The notes under the pieces are model-generated. The model was not told the origin of the DNA, did not search any database, and saw only the letters and a list, made by a program, of their open reading frames with translations. Both the position numbers and the translations under genes were made by a program. From the NCBI GenBank assembly GCA_963579905.1, contig CAUZIZ010000006.1, positions 1,707-65,706 of the forward strand: 64,000 nt of DNA. Direction: 5' to 3'. The first letter of the stretch is position 1. Each line of letters starts with the position of its first letter. Shown here piece by piece: positions 24,350 to 36,627 of this stretch. The DNA comes from Acidobacteria bacterium UBA6911. Lineage in GTDB: Bacteria > Acidobacteriota > UBA6911 > RPQK01 > JAJDTT01.

Positions 24350-26131
24350 TCAGGTGTGTTGTCCGCGGAAGGATATTTCTCCCACGAACTTCCGAATCCC
24401 CCTTCGCAGCAAAGACCAGGCGTAGAGGAAAGCCAGGCAGATGAGACAGAGCAACTCCAGCAGAGAGGCCGACTCGACAGTCCTGCCGCTCAAGGTCACG
24501 CTCTCAAACTGGGGGAGCAAGGCGTTAGTGAGGTAGCCCAGGCCCGCAGATAAAAGAACGATGCTTAGACTGAATTTCAAGGCGATTCTTCTCGAATGCA
24601 GTTTTCCCAGCACACCGAAGGTGGTCACGTTAGTGGCGGGTCCCGTTAGCAGAAACGCCAAGGCTGCTCCCGGTGAGACTCCCTTGGCGAGTAGCACCGC
24701 AACGAAGGGTGTGGCACTGGAGGCACAGACGTACGTCGGCAGGCCCAAGAGGGTAAAGAGAATTACTTCGAAGGAGGAAGGCAGCGCACTCAGCCGCCCT
24801 GGTTGGAGGAAGGATTCTGCAATCGCCGCCAGAGTCAATCCCAATAGGATCCAGGGGCCCGTATGGTCGACTATCTCCCCCAGCCCCACCTTCAGTGCCT
24901 GGCTGACTTTTTGGCCGCAGGTCTTCCCCTCGTCCACGGGCAGACGTTCCTGACTCTCGGACTCGAGGTTCGAGGAACGAGTCATCGGCCCTCCGACGAT
25001 CCAGCCAACGGCAAAGGCAACCACTGCCGCTGCTAAGACTCTCGCCACCGTCATCTGTGTTCCCAGTAAGGGGATGGACATGAGTACGGCGTCCAAGCCC
25101 AGTTCCGGAGTGGAAATCAGGAAGGCCATGGCGGCGGTAGCTGGAGCTCCTCGCTGAATCAGGGTGCGGTAAAGCGGTACCACTCCACAGGAGCAGATAG
25201 GAAAGGGCAAGCCCAGGCTCATTCCGCGCAGAGCCTGGGTCCAGTTTGCTCCCTTGTTCATCCATCGGATTGAGGATTGAGAAAGAAAAGAGCTCATGAA
25301 GCCGGCTACGAGATAGGCCAGAAGTAGGGCGGGTGCACTGCGTAAGGCGAGTCCCAGAAAGGTTCTAAATATGGGAAGGTTGATCGAACCGTGGATGGAT
25401 TCTTCCCCACTCAGAAAGACTGCCATGAGCCCAATTCCCAACAAGGCTCCGGTGCCTTCGTACCAACCGGTTTTCTTGACAGATCCTGCCTGTGCAATGA
25501 GTTGAGATTTCATTCCGGGTTGGTGCAAGACCACGTGTGCCAGGGAGCCCGCCACCAAGGCCTGGAACCAGGTCATGGCCTCACTCGATAGGCTTACAAG
25601 TAGTTGGGGACCCAATCCGAACCCCAGGGTGGTGCTGATGATGACAAGCGCGAAAACCACCAGCCCGATCCGGATGCCGAAAATGGGGCGTACCAGCCAC
25701 CAGATGGTGAGTCCGACTGGCAAGCGATGCAGGATTACTGCAAACGGAAGCAGGTGCTGGCTTTGGTCTGGCGAGAGGTGTGAAGCGGTCAGAGCGGCAC
25801 CGTCGGCCGCGGCATGGGTGCAGAGTCCAATCAGACCCAGAACGAGAGCCGTCGAGTGGGCTCGATCGGCCCCCTTCTTGAAGATCTTCTCTGTGAAGGT
25901 TGGACCGAACATTCCTATAAAGGCGAATAGCAGCGACCACCAGTGACCTCGGGCCAGGATCGCGGGAAGGATGCTGAGTGCAACGAGTCCGGTGATGCAG
26001 ACGAAGATGAAGCCGTCCAGGAGCGAGAGCATTGGGAGTCGATTGCGCGAGATTCGGTAGATCAGAGGGCCCAGAGAGAGCGAGATGAAGCTAGCGAAGA
26101 GCAGCTCGATTTCCTCTAGTCTGAATTCCAC
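24350..26131 (-). CDS. Polytopic membrane permease (COG0701/DUF318 ArsP-like C-domain with CSC motif, fused to an N-terminal TM domain)
   Basis: 593 aa with many TM helices. LGLPFPICSCGVVPLY resembles the permease TPFCSC motif. Confidence 0.75.
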   Translation of the reverse strand: MEFRLEEIELLFASFISLSLGPLIYRISRNRLPMLSLLDGFIFVCITGLVALSILPAILARGHWWSLLFAFIGMFGPTFTEKIFKKGADRAHSTALVLGLIGLCTHAAADGAALTASHLSPDQSQHLLPFAVILHRLPVGLTIWWLVRPIFGIRIGLVVFALVIISTTLGFGLGPQLLVSLSSEAMTWFQALVAGSLAHVVLHQPGMKSQLIAQAGSVKKTGWYEGTGALLGIGLMAVFLSGEESIHGSINLPIFRTFLGLALRSAPALLLAYLVAGFMSSFLSQSSIRWMNKGANWTQALRGMSLGLPFPICSCGVVPLYRTLIQRGAPATAAMAFLISTPELGLDAVLMSIPLLGTQMTVARVLAAAVVAFAVGWIVGGPMTRSSNLESESQERLPVDEGKTCGQKVSQALKVGLGEIVDHTGPWILLGLTLAAIAESFLQPGRLSALPSSFEVILFTLLGLPTYVCASSATPFVAVLLAKGVSPGAALAFLLTGPATNVTTFGVLGKLHSRRIALKFSLSIVLLSAGLGYLTNALLPQFESVTLSGRTVESASLLELLCLICLAFLYAWSLLRRGIRKFVGEISFRGQHT

Positions 26132-26192
26132 GAGAGTTCAGCCTTCCCGAGCCGGAAGCCGGCGTTCGTGAGTATGGTAAACTATCGCCCGC

Positions 26193-27041
26193 ATGCAAAT
26201 CGATCTCCTTGCCTTTCGGAGCTTGGGCAAAGGAGCATTCTGGATCGGTATCTGGTCCGATATCAACGAGTATGACTTCTGGGGGATGGCTGCCCAGGTC
26301 AGTTATTATTTCTTGCTGGCCTTCTTTCCTTTTCTCTTGTTTCTGAGCGCGCTGATCGGTTTCATTCCGGTTGATCCCAACCTATGGGGCAAGTTTCTGG
26401 GCGAGCTCAACGCCTTCCTGCCGCAGAGCACCTACGAGAACGTGGTGACGGAGATCGTTCTCCCTCTGGCCCGCTCCCAGAACACCGGAATTCTGTCAGT
26501 TGGGCTGTTTCTTACCCTCTTGATTGCCTCTCTGGCTTTCAGTGGAACCATCCGACCTCTCAGCCGTGTCTTCGGAGTAGAAGACAGTCGCTCCTACCTG
26601 CAAAAATTTTTCCTCTCGGTCGGAGTGACGATACTGGTCTCCCTGTTCATCATCCTATCGGCCTTTCTCCTGGTCTGGGGTGATTGGTTGATTACGCTCA
26701 TGGTCGAAAGTGCCCCGATAAGAGCACTCTATACGGCGATTCGCTGGATACTTCTTTTCGTGCTCTTGAACATTGGAATACATACTGTCTACTACGCTCT
26801 TCCCCAGCCCCAGGTTTACTGGAGGATCTTCTCTCCTGGAAGCGTTGTTGCCACACTGGGGTGGATCTTCGGATCTCTAGGCTTTCGCCTTTATGTGAAC
26901 AGCTTTGGCATGTATCAGATGTTCTACGGAAGCCTGGGGGCGGTCATCGTTCTGATTGTCTGGTTCTATCTCTCGAGTCTGGCTCTCTTGGTTGGGGGCA
27001 GGATCGACTCCAGGATCTACGGACTTCAGAAGCAGGCATGA
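26193..27041 (+). CDS. YihY/BrkB-family membrane protein
   Basis: 282 aa, 6 predicted TM helices, conserved YihY-like N-terminus (MAAQVSYYFLLAFFPFLLFL). Confidence 0.8.
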   Translation: MQIDLLAFRSLGKGAFWIGIWSDINEYDFWGMAAQVSYYFLLAFFPFLLFLSALIGFIPVDPNLWGKFLGELNAFLPQSTYENVVTEIVLPLARSQNTGILSVGLFLTLLIASLAFSGTIRPLSRVFGVEDSRSYLQKFFLSVGVTILVSLFIILSAFLLVWGDWLITLMVESAPIRALYTAIRWILLFVLLNIGIHTVYYALPQPQVYWRIFSPGSVVATLGWIFGSLGFRLYVNSFGMYQMFYGSLGAVIVLIVWFYLSSLALLVGGRIDSRIYGLQKQA

Positions 27042-27068
27042 CCACGAGATGAGCTTTACTGCAGTCGA

Positions 27069-28548
27069 TTGGTAATCGTTTCCCTCTACGTTCTGTCCGC
27101 CTTCGGCATCGGTTTCATCGTTTGTAAGTACGTCTCCAGCGTCGCCGATTTCCTGGTCGCAGGACGTCAACCCCGAGTGCACCTGGGGATCGCCTCCCCG
27201 GTGGGGACGGAACTGGGTCTGGTGACGATGATGTACTTTGCCTAACAGGGCTATCGGCACGGATTCTCGGTTTTCATCGTCGACATTGTTTGGTCGGCGG
27301 CTTATGTGGTGGTGGGCCAGACGGGCTTCGTGATCGACCACATCCGTCGCCTGCGCGTCCTCACGGTTACCGAGTTTTTCGAAAGGCGATACAGTCGCGG
27401 TGTCCGTGTCCTGGCCGCTTCGCTGCTGCTGATCGCGGGCCTGTTGAACATGGGAGTGTTCCTCAAGCTCGGGGCCGTTTTCCTGGTACACGCCACCAAC
27501 ATTCCGCCTTCCTACCTCAATCTCACCATGACGGTCCTGGTGATCGTGGTCCTGGTGTACACGGTGTTGGGAGGGATGGCTTCGGTTGTAATTACCGACT
27601 ACATCCAGTTCTTGGTTCTTTCGATCGCACTTCTTCTGGCTACTTTCCTGGTGTTTCGAGAGAACGGCTTCGTGGGGACGTTTGACCGGGTGGCCGAGCA
27701 TTTTGGTGAGCGCGGCTTCGATCCGTTTTCGAATCCGGACCTGGGTTGGTGGTTTATCGGCTACTGGGCCGTTCTGGCGGTCTGTGGAACCTTTCTGTGG
27801 CAGCCGGTAGCACAAAGGGCGTTGGCGGCCCGGAGCCCAGCCGTGAATTGAACCGTCTATACCTACACCGGGCTGGCTTTTCTGGGGCGCGCCTTTTTGC
27901 CAATGTCGTGGGGTGTCTGCGCGGCGATCTACTTCGTCGGGAAAGAGGGTCCGGAGTCTCCTTTGACGGCGATGCCCGAGCTCCTGGCTGTCGTCCTTCC
28001 CATGGGTGTCATCGGGCTCTTTACAGCCGGAATGTGCCGCCCTGATGTCGACTCATGACTCCTACCTGCTGGCTTGGAGCGGCATCATCGTGCAGGACCT
28101 GATTGCTCCCTTGATCGGACGTGAACTGACGGATCGAGCGCGCATCCGTTTGATTCGGATCGGTGTCATGTTGATTGGCTTGCTTCTGCTGGTGTTTGGC
28201 GTGTGGTACGAGCTGAAAGATGCCGCCTTTCGATACCTGGTGCAGACCACCACGATCTACTATGCAGGGGCGCTCGCCGTTCTGGTGGGCGGACTGTACT
28301 GGAAGCGAGCGACTGCCGCTGGGGCGTACCTCGGTTTTACCCTGGGGGCGGCGTTACCCCTGACCCAGTTCGGTATTGGATGGGCAGGCACCCTCGTAGA
28401 GTTCTTCCCATCGATCGGAAAGCGCGGCCTCTATAGCTTTGCACTCGGATTCGTCGGTATCGGGATAGGATCCATGCTTCCCTTTTCCAAGCCGAAACCC
28501 CTACACTATCCGGACGAACAGTCGTCCGTCGAGGCCCCTGTGGAATGA
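27069..28548 (+). pseudogene. Sodium:solute symporter (SSF) family transporter carrying in-frame TAA and TGA plus a 1-bp frameshift
   Basis: TTG start gives MVIVSLYVLSAFGIGFIVCKYVSSVADFLVAGRQ (SSF N-terminus). In-frame TAA at 27243-27245 (MMYFA*QGY). In-frame TGA at 27849-27851 (SPAVN*TVYTY). The frame changes at ~28037-28042 (LFTAGM|AALMSTHDSYLL). Confidence 0.65.
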
Positions 28549-28798
28549 GTTGGCAAATTGTCTGGGAGATCGTCCTCTGCGCAGGCATTGGAGTGTTCAC
28601 TCTGGCGTCTCTGGTCGTTGCCATCAAGGGCTATGGAAATATTCGCAATCTGCTGAATGACCTGGGGAAGGGTGGCAGCGGAGGACGAGCGGGGCAGCGA
28701 ACGTCGAGCACGGATCAAAGCGGAAGCGATCTCGGTAATTGAGATATTTTGTCGGGTCGATAGGAGGTAAGAGTTTGCGCGATAGCGGGTGAGGAGCG

Positions 28799-31635
28799 AT
28801 GATGCGATTGAACGACCGTCTCCAGTGTGCCCCTTTGATTCTCGTCCTTTTAGGCTTGGCGGAGTGCAAGCCTCCCTCAGAGAATCTGTCCCCAGCTTCA
28901 GATGCTGTGCAGATTCCAGTTCCGAGTGCGTCCTTCCGGATAACCTTTGGATTGAGGGATCGGGAGCCGCAGGCCTGGAATGGTCGGCTCCTGCTGAAGG
29001 AAGGGCAAGTTATCCAAGTGGAACCCGACCTGCTCCGGGAGCACAACTACCAGGCATCAGAGGAACCCAAGTTTCCCAACGACTACGTTCGCGATGGTCT
29101 TTCCTGGGTGTGCAGCACTCGGCCCGCCTGGATGCGAGATCCAAGCGACTTCGAGCTCGAACTTCCCAGCCTCCTGCTTCAGGTCTGGCGTAATCCTGGC
29201 AACGTTCCTCTCCAGCTGGAGATGGAAAAGGGGGCACTCCAGTTCCGTCCTGGGGATATCAAGCCGTTTCAGCCGGCGCTTTTCCTGGATGGAGCGGTCC
29301 GCATCGAAGTCGTTCCCTCCGTTTTCTCGCCGGTCCAGGTGCCGACAGGTCAGCAGGATTATCCCGCGGTGTTGGCGAGGGGAGGCGGAGAGTTGTGGAT
29401 GGCGTGGCAGGAATACGCTGAGGAAGCCGATTCGGTCTATGCCCGAAGGCGGATAGACGAGCAGTGGGGGGATCCCATCAGACTCGTGGAAGGAGTCGAT
29501 GTGTTTCGGACAGCTCTGGGAGAGGATGCTTCCGGAAGAGTCTGGGCCATCTGGTCGATGCAAGTTGAAGGTAATTGGGACCTGTACGGGCGGGCCTTCG
29601 ATGGAAATAGCTGGACATCCCGTGAGAGATTGACCCAGAGCAAAGGGCCGGACATCTATCACCGGGTCGTGCGTGACTCGGCGGATCGGCTGTGGCTGAT
29701 ATGGCAGACGATGTTTGACGGGTTCAGTCAGATTGCAGGCAAACACTTCAACGGCTCGGGGTGGTCGCAGCGGGTTCACATAAGTGACGGTCCCGCAGGA
29801 GCAGGGAACAACTGGTGGCCGACCGCGGCAGCTGGAAGGGACGGCTCAGTCGCGGTGGGTTGGGATGGCTATGCGAGCGGCAGCTACGATGTCTACGTCA
29901 GGAGGATGGATTCCGGTAAATGGGGTCCAGTGCGGGGGCTGGCTTCTACCCAACGCTTCGAGGCCAACCCGTCCCTGTCTTTCGATCAGAAGAATCGGCT
30001 CTGGGTAGCTTGGCAGGAGTCTTCTGTGGAATGGGGAAAAGACACCGGCAAGCTCGCAACGCGCGTGGGGACACAGCTACACGAATCCAGGTGGCTGCAG
30101 GTCGTCTGTCTCGACGGAGAGAAAATCCTTCGCCCGGTAGGCTCCTTATCGGAGGTGCTGCCTGGAGACCAGTGGGAACTCCCACATTTCGAGGTCGGTC
30201 CCGGAGGTCAGCCTTGGCTCTTCGTTCGGAAGATGACCCTCCGGCAGCCTGATACCCGGGAGGTCAGAGGGAAGTTGGGACCCTCCTATTTTCCCCGCTG
30301 GGATATCTATGCGACCCGATATCAGGGCTCTGACTGGACTGAGCCTATGTATCTACCTCGCAGTAGCGGCCGAAACGACATGATGCCGCAGTCCTCACTC
30401 GACCCCGAGGGCGGTTTCTGGCTGGCTTGGGCAACCGACAGCCGGAACACGAAATCCTACATGCAGCAGCACAATCAGGTGATGATGGCTAAGTTCGAGG
30501 TTGGAGCCGTAGCAGATCAGCTCAAGCTAGAGGCTTACACACCTGAGCCGGTCCCCAGCTTCGATCCGATTCATGAAAACGAGATCGAGCAAACCAGACA
30601 GATTCAGTCTTATCGGATTCAAAGTGGGGGCAAGACCTTTTCCATCTATCGAGGGGATCTTCATCGGCACACCGATATCTCAGTGGATGGTGGCGGGGAC
30701 GGATCCCTGCTCGACGCCTACCGCTACGCTCGGGATGCCGCCCAACTGGATTTTCTGGGAATCACGGATCACACCGACCACGTGGCCGAGTCCTATACTT
30801 GGTGGCGCAGCCAGAAGTTTGCCGATCTGCTACAGCAGGATAAGTTTGTTGCCTTCTATAGCTACGAGAGATCTGCCCTGTTCCCCAATGGGCACCGCAA
30901 CATCATTTTCGTGGAACGGGGACGACCGATACTACCCATTCTAGGACAGGAGAATAAAGGACTGGAGGGGGCAGAAAGGCTCTTCTGGTATCTGCGCCGC
31001 TACGATGGGACTTCGATTCCCCACACTTCAGTGGGGGGCGGTGGGACCGATTGGCGGGACAACGATCCACAGGTAGAGCATCTGGTTGAGATCTATCAGG
31101 GACTCAGGGACACCTATGAGCATCCGGGAGCCCCCCGTCCCAAGACACTCGAGCCAGCGCCAGAGGGATGGAAGCCGGGCCATGTCTGGAACGCCCTTCG
31201 AAAGGGTTACAGGCTAGGCTTCATTGCCTCTTCCGACCATTTTTCGACGCACATGAGCTACGCCTGCCTGCTGGCGGAGAGCCTTACTCGAGAGAGCCTC
31301 ATGGAGGCGATTCGGGCACGTCGAGCTTACGCGGCGACCGACAACATCATCATGGATGTCCGTTATCTCGGCTCCGATGGGGAGCATCTGATGGGCGAGG
31401 AATTCGTGAGCTCGGCTCCCCTGCGTATCAAGGCTACGATCGTGGGCACCGACACGATTGCGAGGATCGACGTTATCAAGGACGAGAAGATCGTTTATCA
31501 GGTCTCGCAGCAGCAGGAACGTGTCGATTTTGAATTTCTCGAGGGTGCCGATGTCGGGAGCGAGACCAGTTATTACTATCTACGAGTCCTGCAGGAGAAT
31601 GGCGAACTGGCCTGGGCTTCCCCAGTCTGGGTTGA

Positions 31636-31654
<19 letters not shown>
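28799..31654 (+). CDS. Secreted ~950-aa protein with a C-terminal PHP-like metal-dependent phosphoesterase region (DUF3604-like)
   Basis: Signal peptide. C-terminal GDLHRHTDISVDGGGDG and GITDHTDH (HxH) motifs. N-terminal repeats rich in W. Confidence 0.75.
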
Positions 31655-33258
<1,604 letters not shown>

Positions 33259-33720
33259 CCACGAACCTCCATACAGACAATAGTCTGGGAGCCAAGCGAA
33301 TCCTATCAGCTAGCGACGGCCAATCCTATGGGTATGATGCTGCGACCTTCGACGATCAACCCAAGCTGAAACTTCAAGAATACGTCGCACGTCTCCTGTC
33401 CTTCGAAGGTGCACCAACGGGTGAACTACCAGCGTTACGAAGCCAAGTCCGACAGAGCCGCGAACGACTTGAGCCGTTAGCAAAATGAGCCCAGGTTCCG
33501 AGGAGAGAGCCGGACAACTCTTCCCCACGCAGTGACGCACAAATCCCCAGTAGCCGGAAGTTTCTTTCTCGAATGGGGCAGCACCGCTGGGGAGCCACTA
33601 AGCTGAAGCTTCATTGGGCAGGAGATCATCCAAGGGTCGCCAATGACAGAGCCGTGACTGCGAAGGAGCGGTCCCGGCATACGGATGCCGGAAACAACGA
33701 ACCAAACGGACGGTGGCTGA
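33259..33720. repeat. Mosaic repeat island D: complete T+H composite element (minus, ~33362-33612) plus the left arm of an S element (~33620-33720)
   Basis: Reverse complement of H-T-tail. It ends CATTGGGCAGGAGATCATCCAAGGGTCGCCAATGACAGAGCCGTGACTGCGAAGGAGCGGTCCCGGCATACGGATGCCGG. Confidence 0.8.
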
Positions 33721-33808
33721 CTGGACCTCCATTTTCGGCATCTCCCGCAGGAAGGCTCAAGTTGCTCCAACCGATGCCTATAAGCCAGGAGGAGGGAGTT
33801 ATCATCAG

Positions 33809-35344
33809 GTGAATTCTGAGCTGTTGAAGAGGCTCGGTGAGTGCCAACAGCTGCCTACTTTTCCTGGAGTCGTCTTTCAGCTACTGGGGCTGTGTCAACA
33901 GGAAGACGCCTGCCTGCGGGAAGCTGGCGACCTGATCAGCCGTGATCCGGCTCTGGCGGCCAGGATTCTTCAGGTAGTGAACTCACCCTTCTGCGGACTG
34001 CGTCGCGAAGTGACCAGTCTCAGGCAGGCATGTTCGTTGCTAGGGGTCTGGTCGCTTTGCAGTCTCGCCCTGAGCTTTAGTCTTACCTGCAATCTGAGAA
34101 GATCCAATTCCGGCCCTTTCGATTACAAAATCTACTGGCAGCGTTCGTTACTGAGTGCAGTTGCCGCTCGAACCACGGCTCGGTGGATGAAGCTTTCCAA
34201 TAGTGAAACCCTGTTCCTGGTTGCTTTGCTTCAGGATATTGGAATGTTGGCTCTGGACACGCTTTACCCGCACGAATATGGGAAGTTGTTTGTTGAATCT
34301 AATCGAGATCACCAGCGGTTGGAAAAGCTGGAAAGACAGCATCTGGACTCGACACACGTAGAGTTGGGCCGATTTCTTGCGGCCAAATGGAACTTTCCCG
34401 AGCTGTTCGGCCGTGCCTTTGAATTCAGTCACGAGCAAGACCAAACTATCTTGCAGGGCCTGGAGACGGAGGTCCGGTGTGTGTCGCTCTCGGGCCACAT
34501 CGCCGATACCTGGTTGAGAGAAGATCACCAGGAAGCGTCCTCCAAAGCCGCCCGAATAGCTGAGGCCTCGTTGGGTATGAAGCCGGAAGTGCTGCAAGGG
34601 ATCCTGGCCGAGATAGCCGAGGTCTTGCCGGATGTTTCCGTTGCTTTTGAGATCAACATGGGGACACTGGAAACGACGACCTATGTTCTCGAGCAGACCC
34701 GCCAGGTTCTGGTGGATCGTCCTGTCGAGTCTGTCCCCGAGTTCATGAAGTCCCCCGACCTTATCGAATCCGAGAACCGGGCGCTCAGAGAGCAGATCCA
34801 CACGGACCCTCTTACCGGTCTCTATTATCGGCGATATCTGGACGTGGCGCTTCCCCGCGAGCTGCAGAAGGCCTCACAGAAAAACCAGCCGCTGAGCCTG
34901 GTTTTTCTCGATATCGACAGCTTCAAAGCTATCAACGACACCTACGGGAACGCCACCGGAGATCTGGTGGTCAGCGGCGTGGCCAGGGTAGTCCAGGAGG
35001 GACTCCGGCATACCGATTTTTCCATCCGCTACGGCGGAGAGAAATTTATCGCGCTCCTGCCTGTCACCGAAGCCAACGGGGCAGAGGCGATCAGTGGACG
35101 GATCGTGAATCTGGTACCCTCTCAATCCTTTTCCGGACCGGCAGAAATTCCGGTTGTGGTTACAATTTCAGCGGGCCACGCCACCTGTCTCGAGGCAGAT
35201 GAGTGCACTCCGGAGTCACTTTTTCGAGTCGCGGATGAGTTCCTCTACGTGGCGAAGGAGAGGGGTGGGAACCAAGTCTTCCAGGTGATCCAGGGAAACC
35301 TGATTGGTTCCAGCCCCAGTGTGCGTTCTGGGAGAATCCACTGA
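33809..35344 (+). CDS. HDOD domain + GGDEF (diguanylate cyclase) protein
   Basis: GGAGGAGGGAG RBS 10 nt before GTG. HDOD-like N-terminus. The C-terminus has the GGDEF variant RYGGEKFIALL. Confidence 0.85.
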   Translation: MNSELLKRLGECQQLPTFPGVVFQLLGLCQQEDACLREAGDLISRDPALAARILQVVNSPFCGLRREVTSLRQACSLLGVWSLCSLALSFSLTCNLRRSNSGPFDYKIYWQRSLLSAVAARTTARWMKLSNSETLFLVALLQDIGMLALDTLYPHEYGKLFVESNRDHQRLEKLERQHLDSTHVELGRFLAAKWNFPELFGRAFEFSHEQDQTILQGLETEVRCVSLSGHIADTWLREDHQEASSKAARIAEASLGMKPEVLQGILAEIAEVLPDVSVAFEINMGTLETTTYVLEQTRQVLVDRPVESVPEFMKSPDLIESENRALREQIHTDPLTGLYYRRYLDVALPRELQKASQKNQPLSLVFLDIDSFKAINDTYGNATGDLVVSGVARVVQEGLRHTDFSIRYGGEKFIALLPVTEANGAEAISGRIVNLVPSQSFSGPAEIPVVVTISAGHATCLEADECTPESLFRVADEFLYVAKERGGNQVFQVIQGNLIGSSPSVRSGRIH

Positions 35345-35356
35345 ATCGGGTCGTTC

Positions 35357-35440
35357 GAAGATGGTATGAAGATGAGATGCCAAAATGCCAAGGTATTTTG
35401 CGCAGACCCTCAGCTATAGTACTCTGAAACTGAGGAACGG
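35357..35440 (+). promoter_or_regulatory. Conserved leader motif (copy 1 of 2): AT-stem hairpin with a conserved loop, then a Shine-Dalgarno-sequestering hairpin
   Basis: GAAGATGGTATGAAGATGAGATGCCAAAATGCCAAGGTATTTTGCGCAGACCCT is ~87% identical to 46860-46916. CAAAAT/ATTTTG stem. CCTCAG...CTGAGG stem overlaps the GAGGAA SD 5 nt before the ATG. Confidence 0.45.
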
Positions 35441-36454
35441 ATGCCAAAGCGACTCGTGATTCGCGGCCCCCGCCAGGCCGAGTTTGAAGAAGTGCCCGTG
35501 CCGGAGTGCACCTCTGATGGAATTCTGGTACGCGCCCGGACTACCGCTATTAGCACGGGAACCGAGTTGAGGGTCTACCGCGGAATTCCGGTGGATCCCG
35601 AGGGACGATTCATTTTTCCCAACCAGCGCCTTGAGTTCCCAATCGAGAATGGCTACTCCATGGTTGGTGATGTGATCCAGGTCGGATCGCGCGTCAGCGA
35701 TCTGGCAAGAGGCGATCGTGTTTTCGTGCCCGAACCTCATAAGCAGGTGGCAGCCTGTCCGGCCATCCAGGCGACACGGCTTCCCGAGGGCCTTCCGGAT
35801 GAGGTAGGACCGTTCCTCCACATCCTGGAGGTGGCTCATATTGCACTACGTCGTGGGCAACCCTCGCCCGGCGAGAATGTGGCCATCTTTGGTGCCGGGC
35901 TGATTGGATTATCCGCCCTGGCATACGCCAAGGCCTTTGGACTGAGAACGGCGGTGGTGGACCTCGACCCGAGTCGGTTGGCAGTTGCGGCGTCCATGGG
36001 AGCCGATTGGACGGGCAGTCCGAAGGATGTCGGTTTTGAGGAGCAGGCAGTAGACTTCTTCGACGGCGACGGAGCCGATCTGGTATTAGAGGCTGCCTCG
36101 ACCTGGGCTGCAATCGAGGCCGGTCTTCGCATCGCACGACCCGAGGCAAGGGTGGTTGTGGTCGCTCGGCATACCGACCAGCCGGCCTTCAGCGCAGTCG
36201 GCTATCCCTACTTGGCCAAGAATCTATCCATTCGCACCTCGTACGGGCATCTGGCCCCGGGGACACGCTGGGACCGGAGACGGTCGCAGGCTCTGACACT
36301 CGATCTACTGGTTCGGGGACGCCTGAACGTTGGCCCCATCATCACTCATCGGTTCGACTGGCAAGAGCTTCCAGACGTCTATCGAAGAATGGATGCCTCA
36401 GCGCCGGAGATGATTGGTGTCGCCATCGACTGGTCCGGAAATAGTGCGCAGTGA
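35441..36454 (+). CDS. Zinc-binding alcohol dehydrogenase (MDR) family oxidoreductase
   Basis: 337 aa with a GAGLIGLSALAYAKAFG Rossmann motif. Confidence 0.85.
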   Translation: MPKRLVIRGPRQAEFEEVPVPECTSDGILVRARTTAISTGTELRVYRGIPVDPEGRFIFPNQRLEFPIENGYSMVGDVIQVGSRVSDLARGDRVFVPEPHKQVAACPAIQATRLPEGLPDEVGPFLHILEVAHIALRRGQPSPGENVAIFGAGLIGLSALAYAKAFGLRTAVVDLDPSRLAVAASMGADWTGSPKDVGFEEQAVDFFDGDGADLVLEAASTWAAIEAGLRIARPEARVVVVARHTDQPAFSAVGYPYLAKNLSIRTSYGHLAPGTRWDRRRSQALTLDLLVRGRLNVGPIITHRFDWQELPDVYRRMDASAPEMIGVAIDWSGNSAQ

Positions 36455-36627
36455 GCAGTAGTGGAGTGAGCAGTGGCCTGTACCGGAAACAGCTGCAGCC
36501 AACAGTCGGGAGCGACTCGACTTTGTTTACATTATGAGTCCACGTTCCGAGGAGCGACCGGTCACAGCACAATCTCCCCCAGTATTCAGTCAAGGTTTCT
36601 CCCTGAACGATTGAGTGCGGCTGGTGG

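Noticed and set aside
35371-35420. Short peptide MRCQN(A/T)K(V/L)F... encoded within the conserved leader motif as a possible leader peptide
   Set aside because: The frame is not conserved between the two copies (the T4 vs T5 run shifts it), and there is no RBS. RNA or DNA-level conservation is the better explanation.
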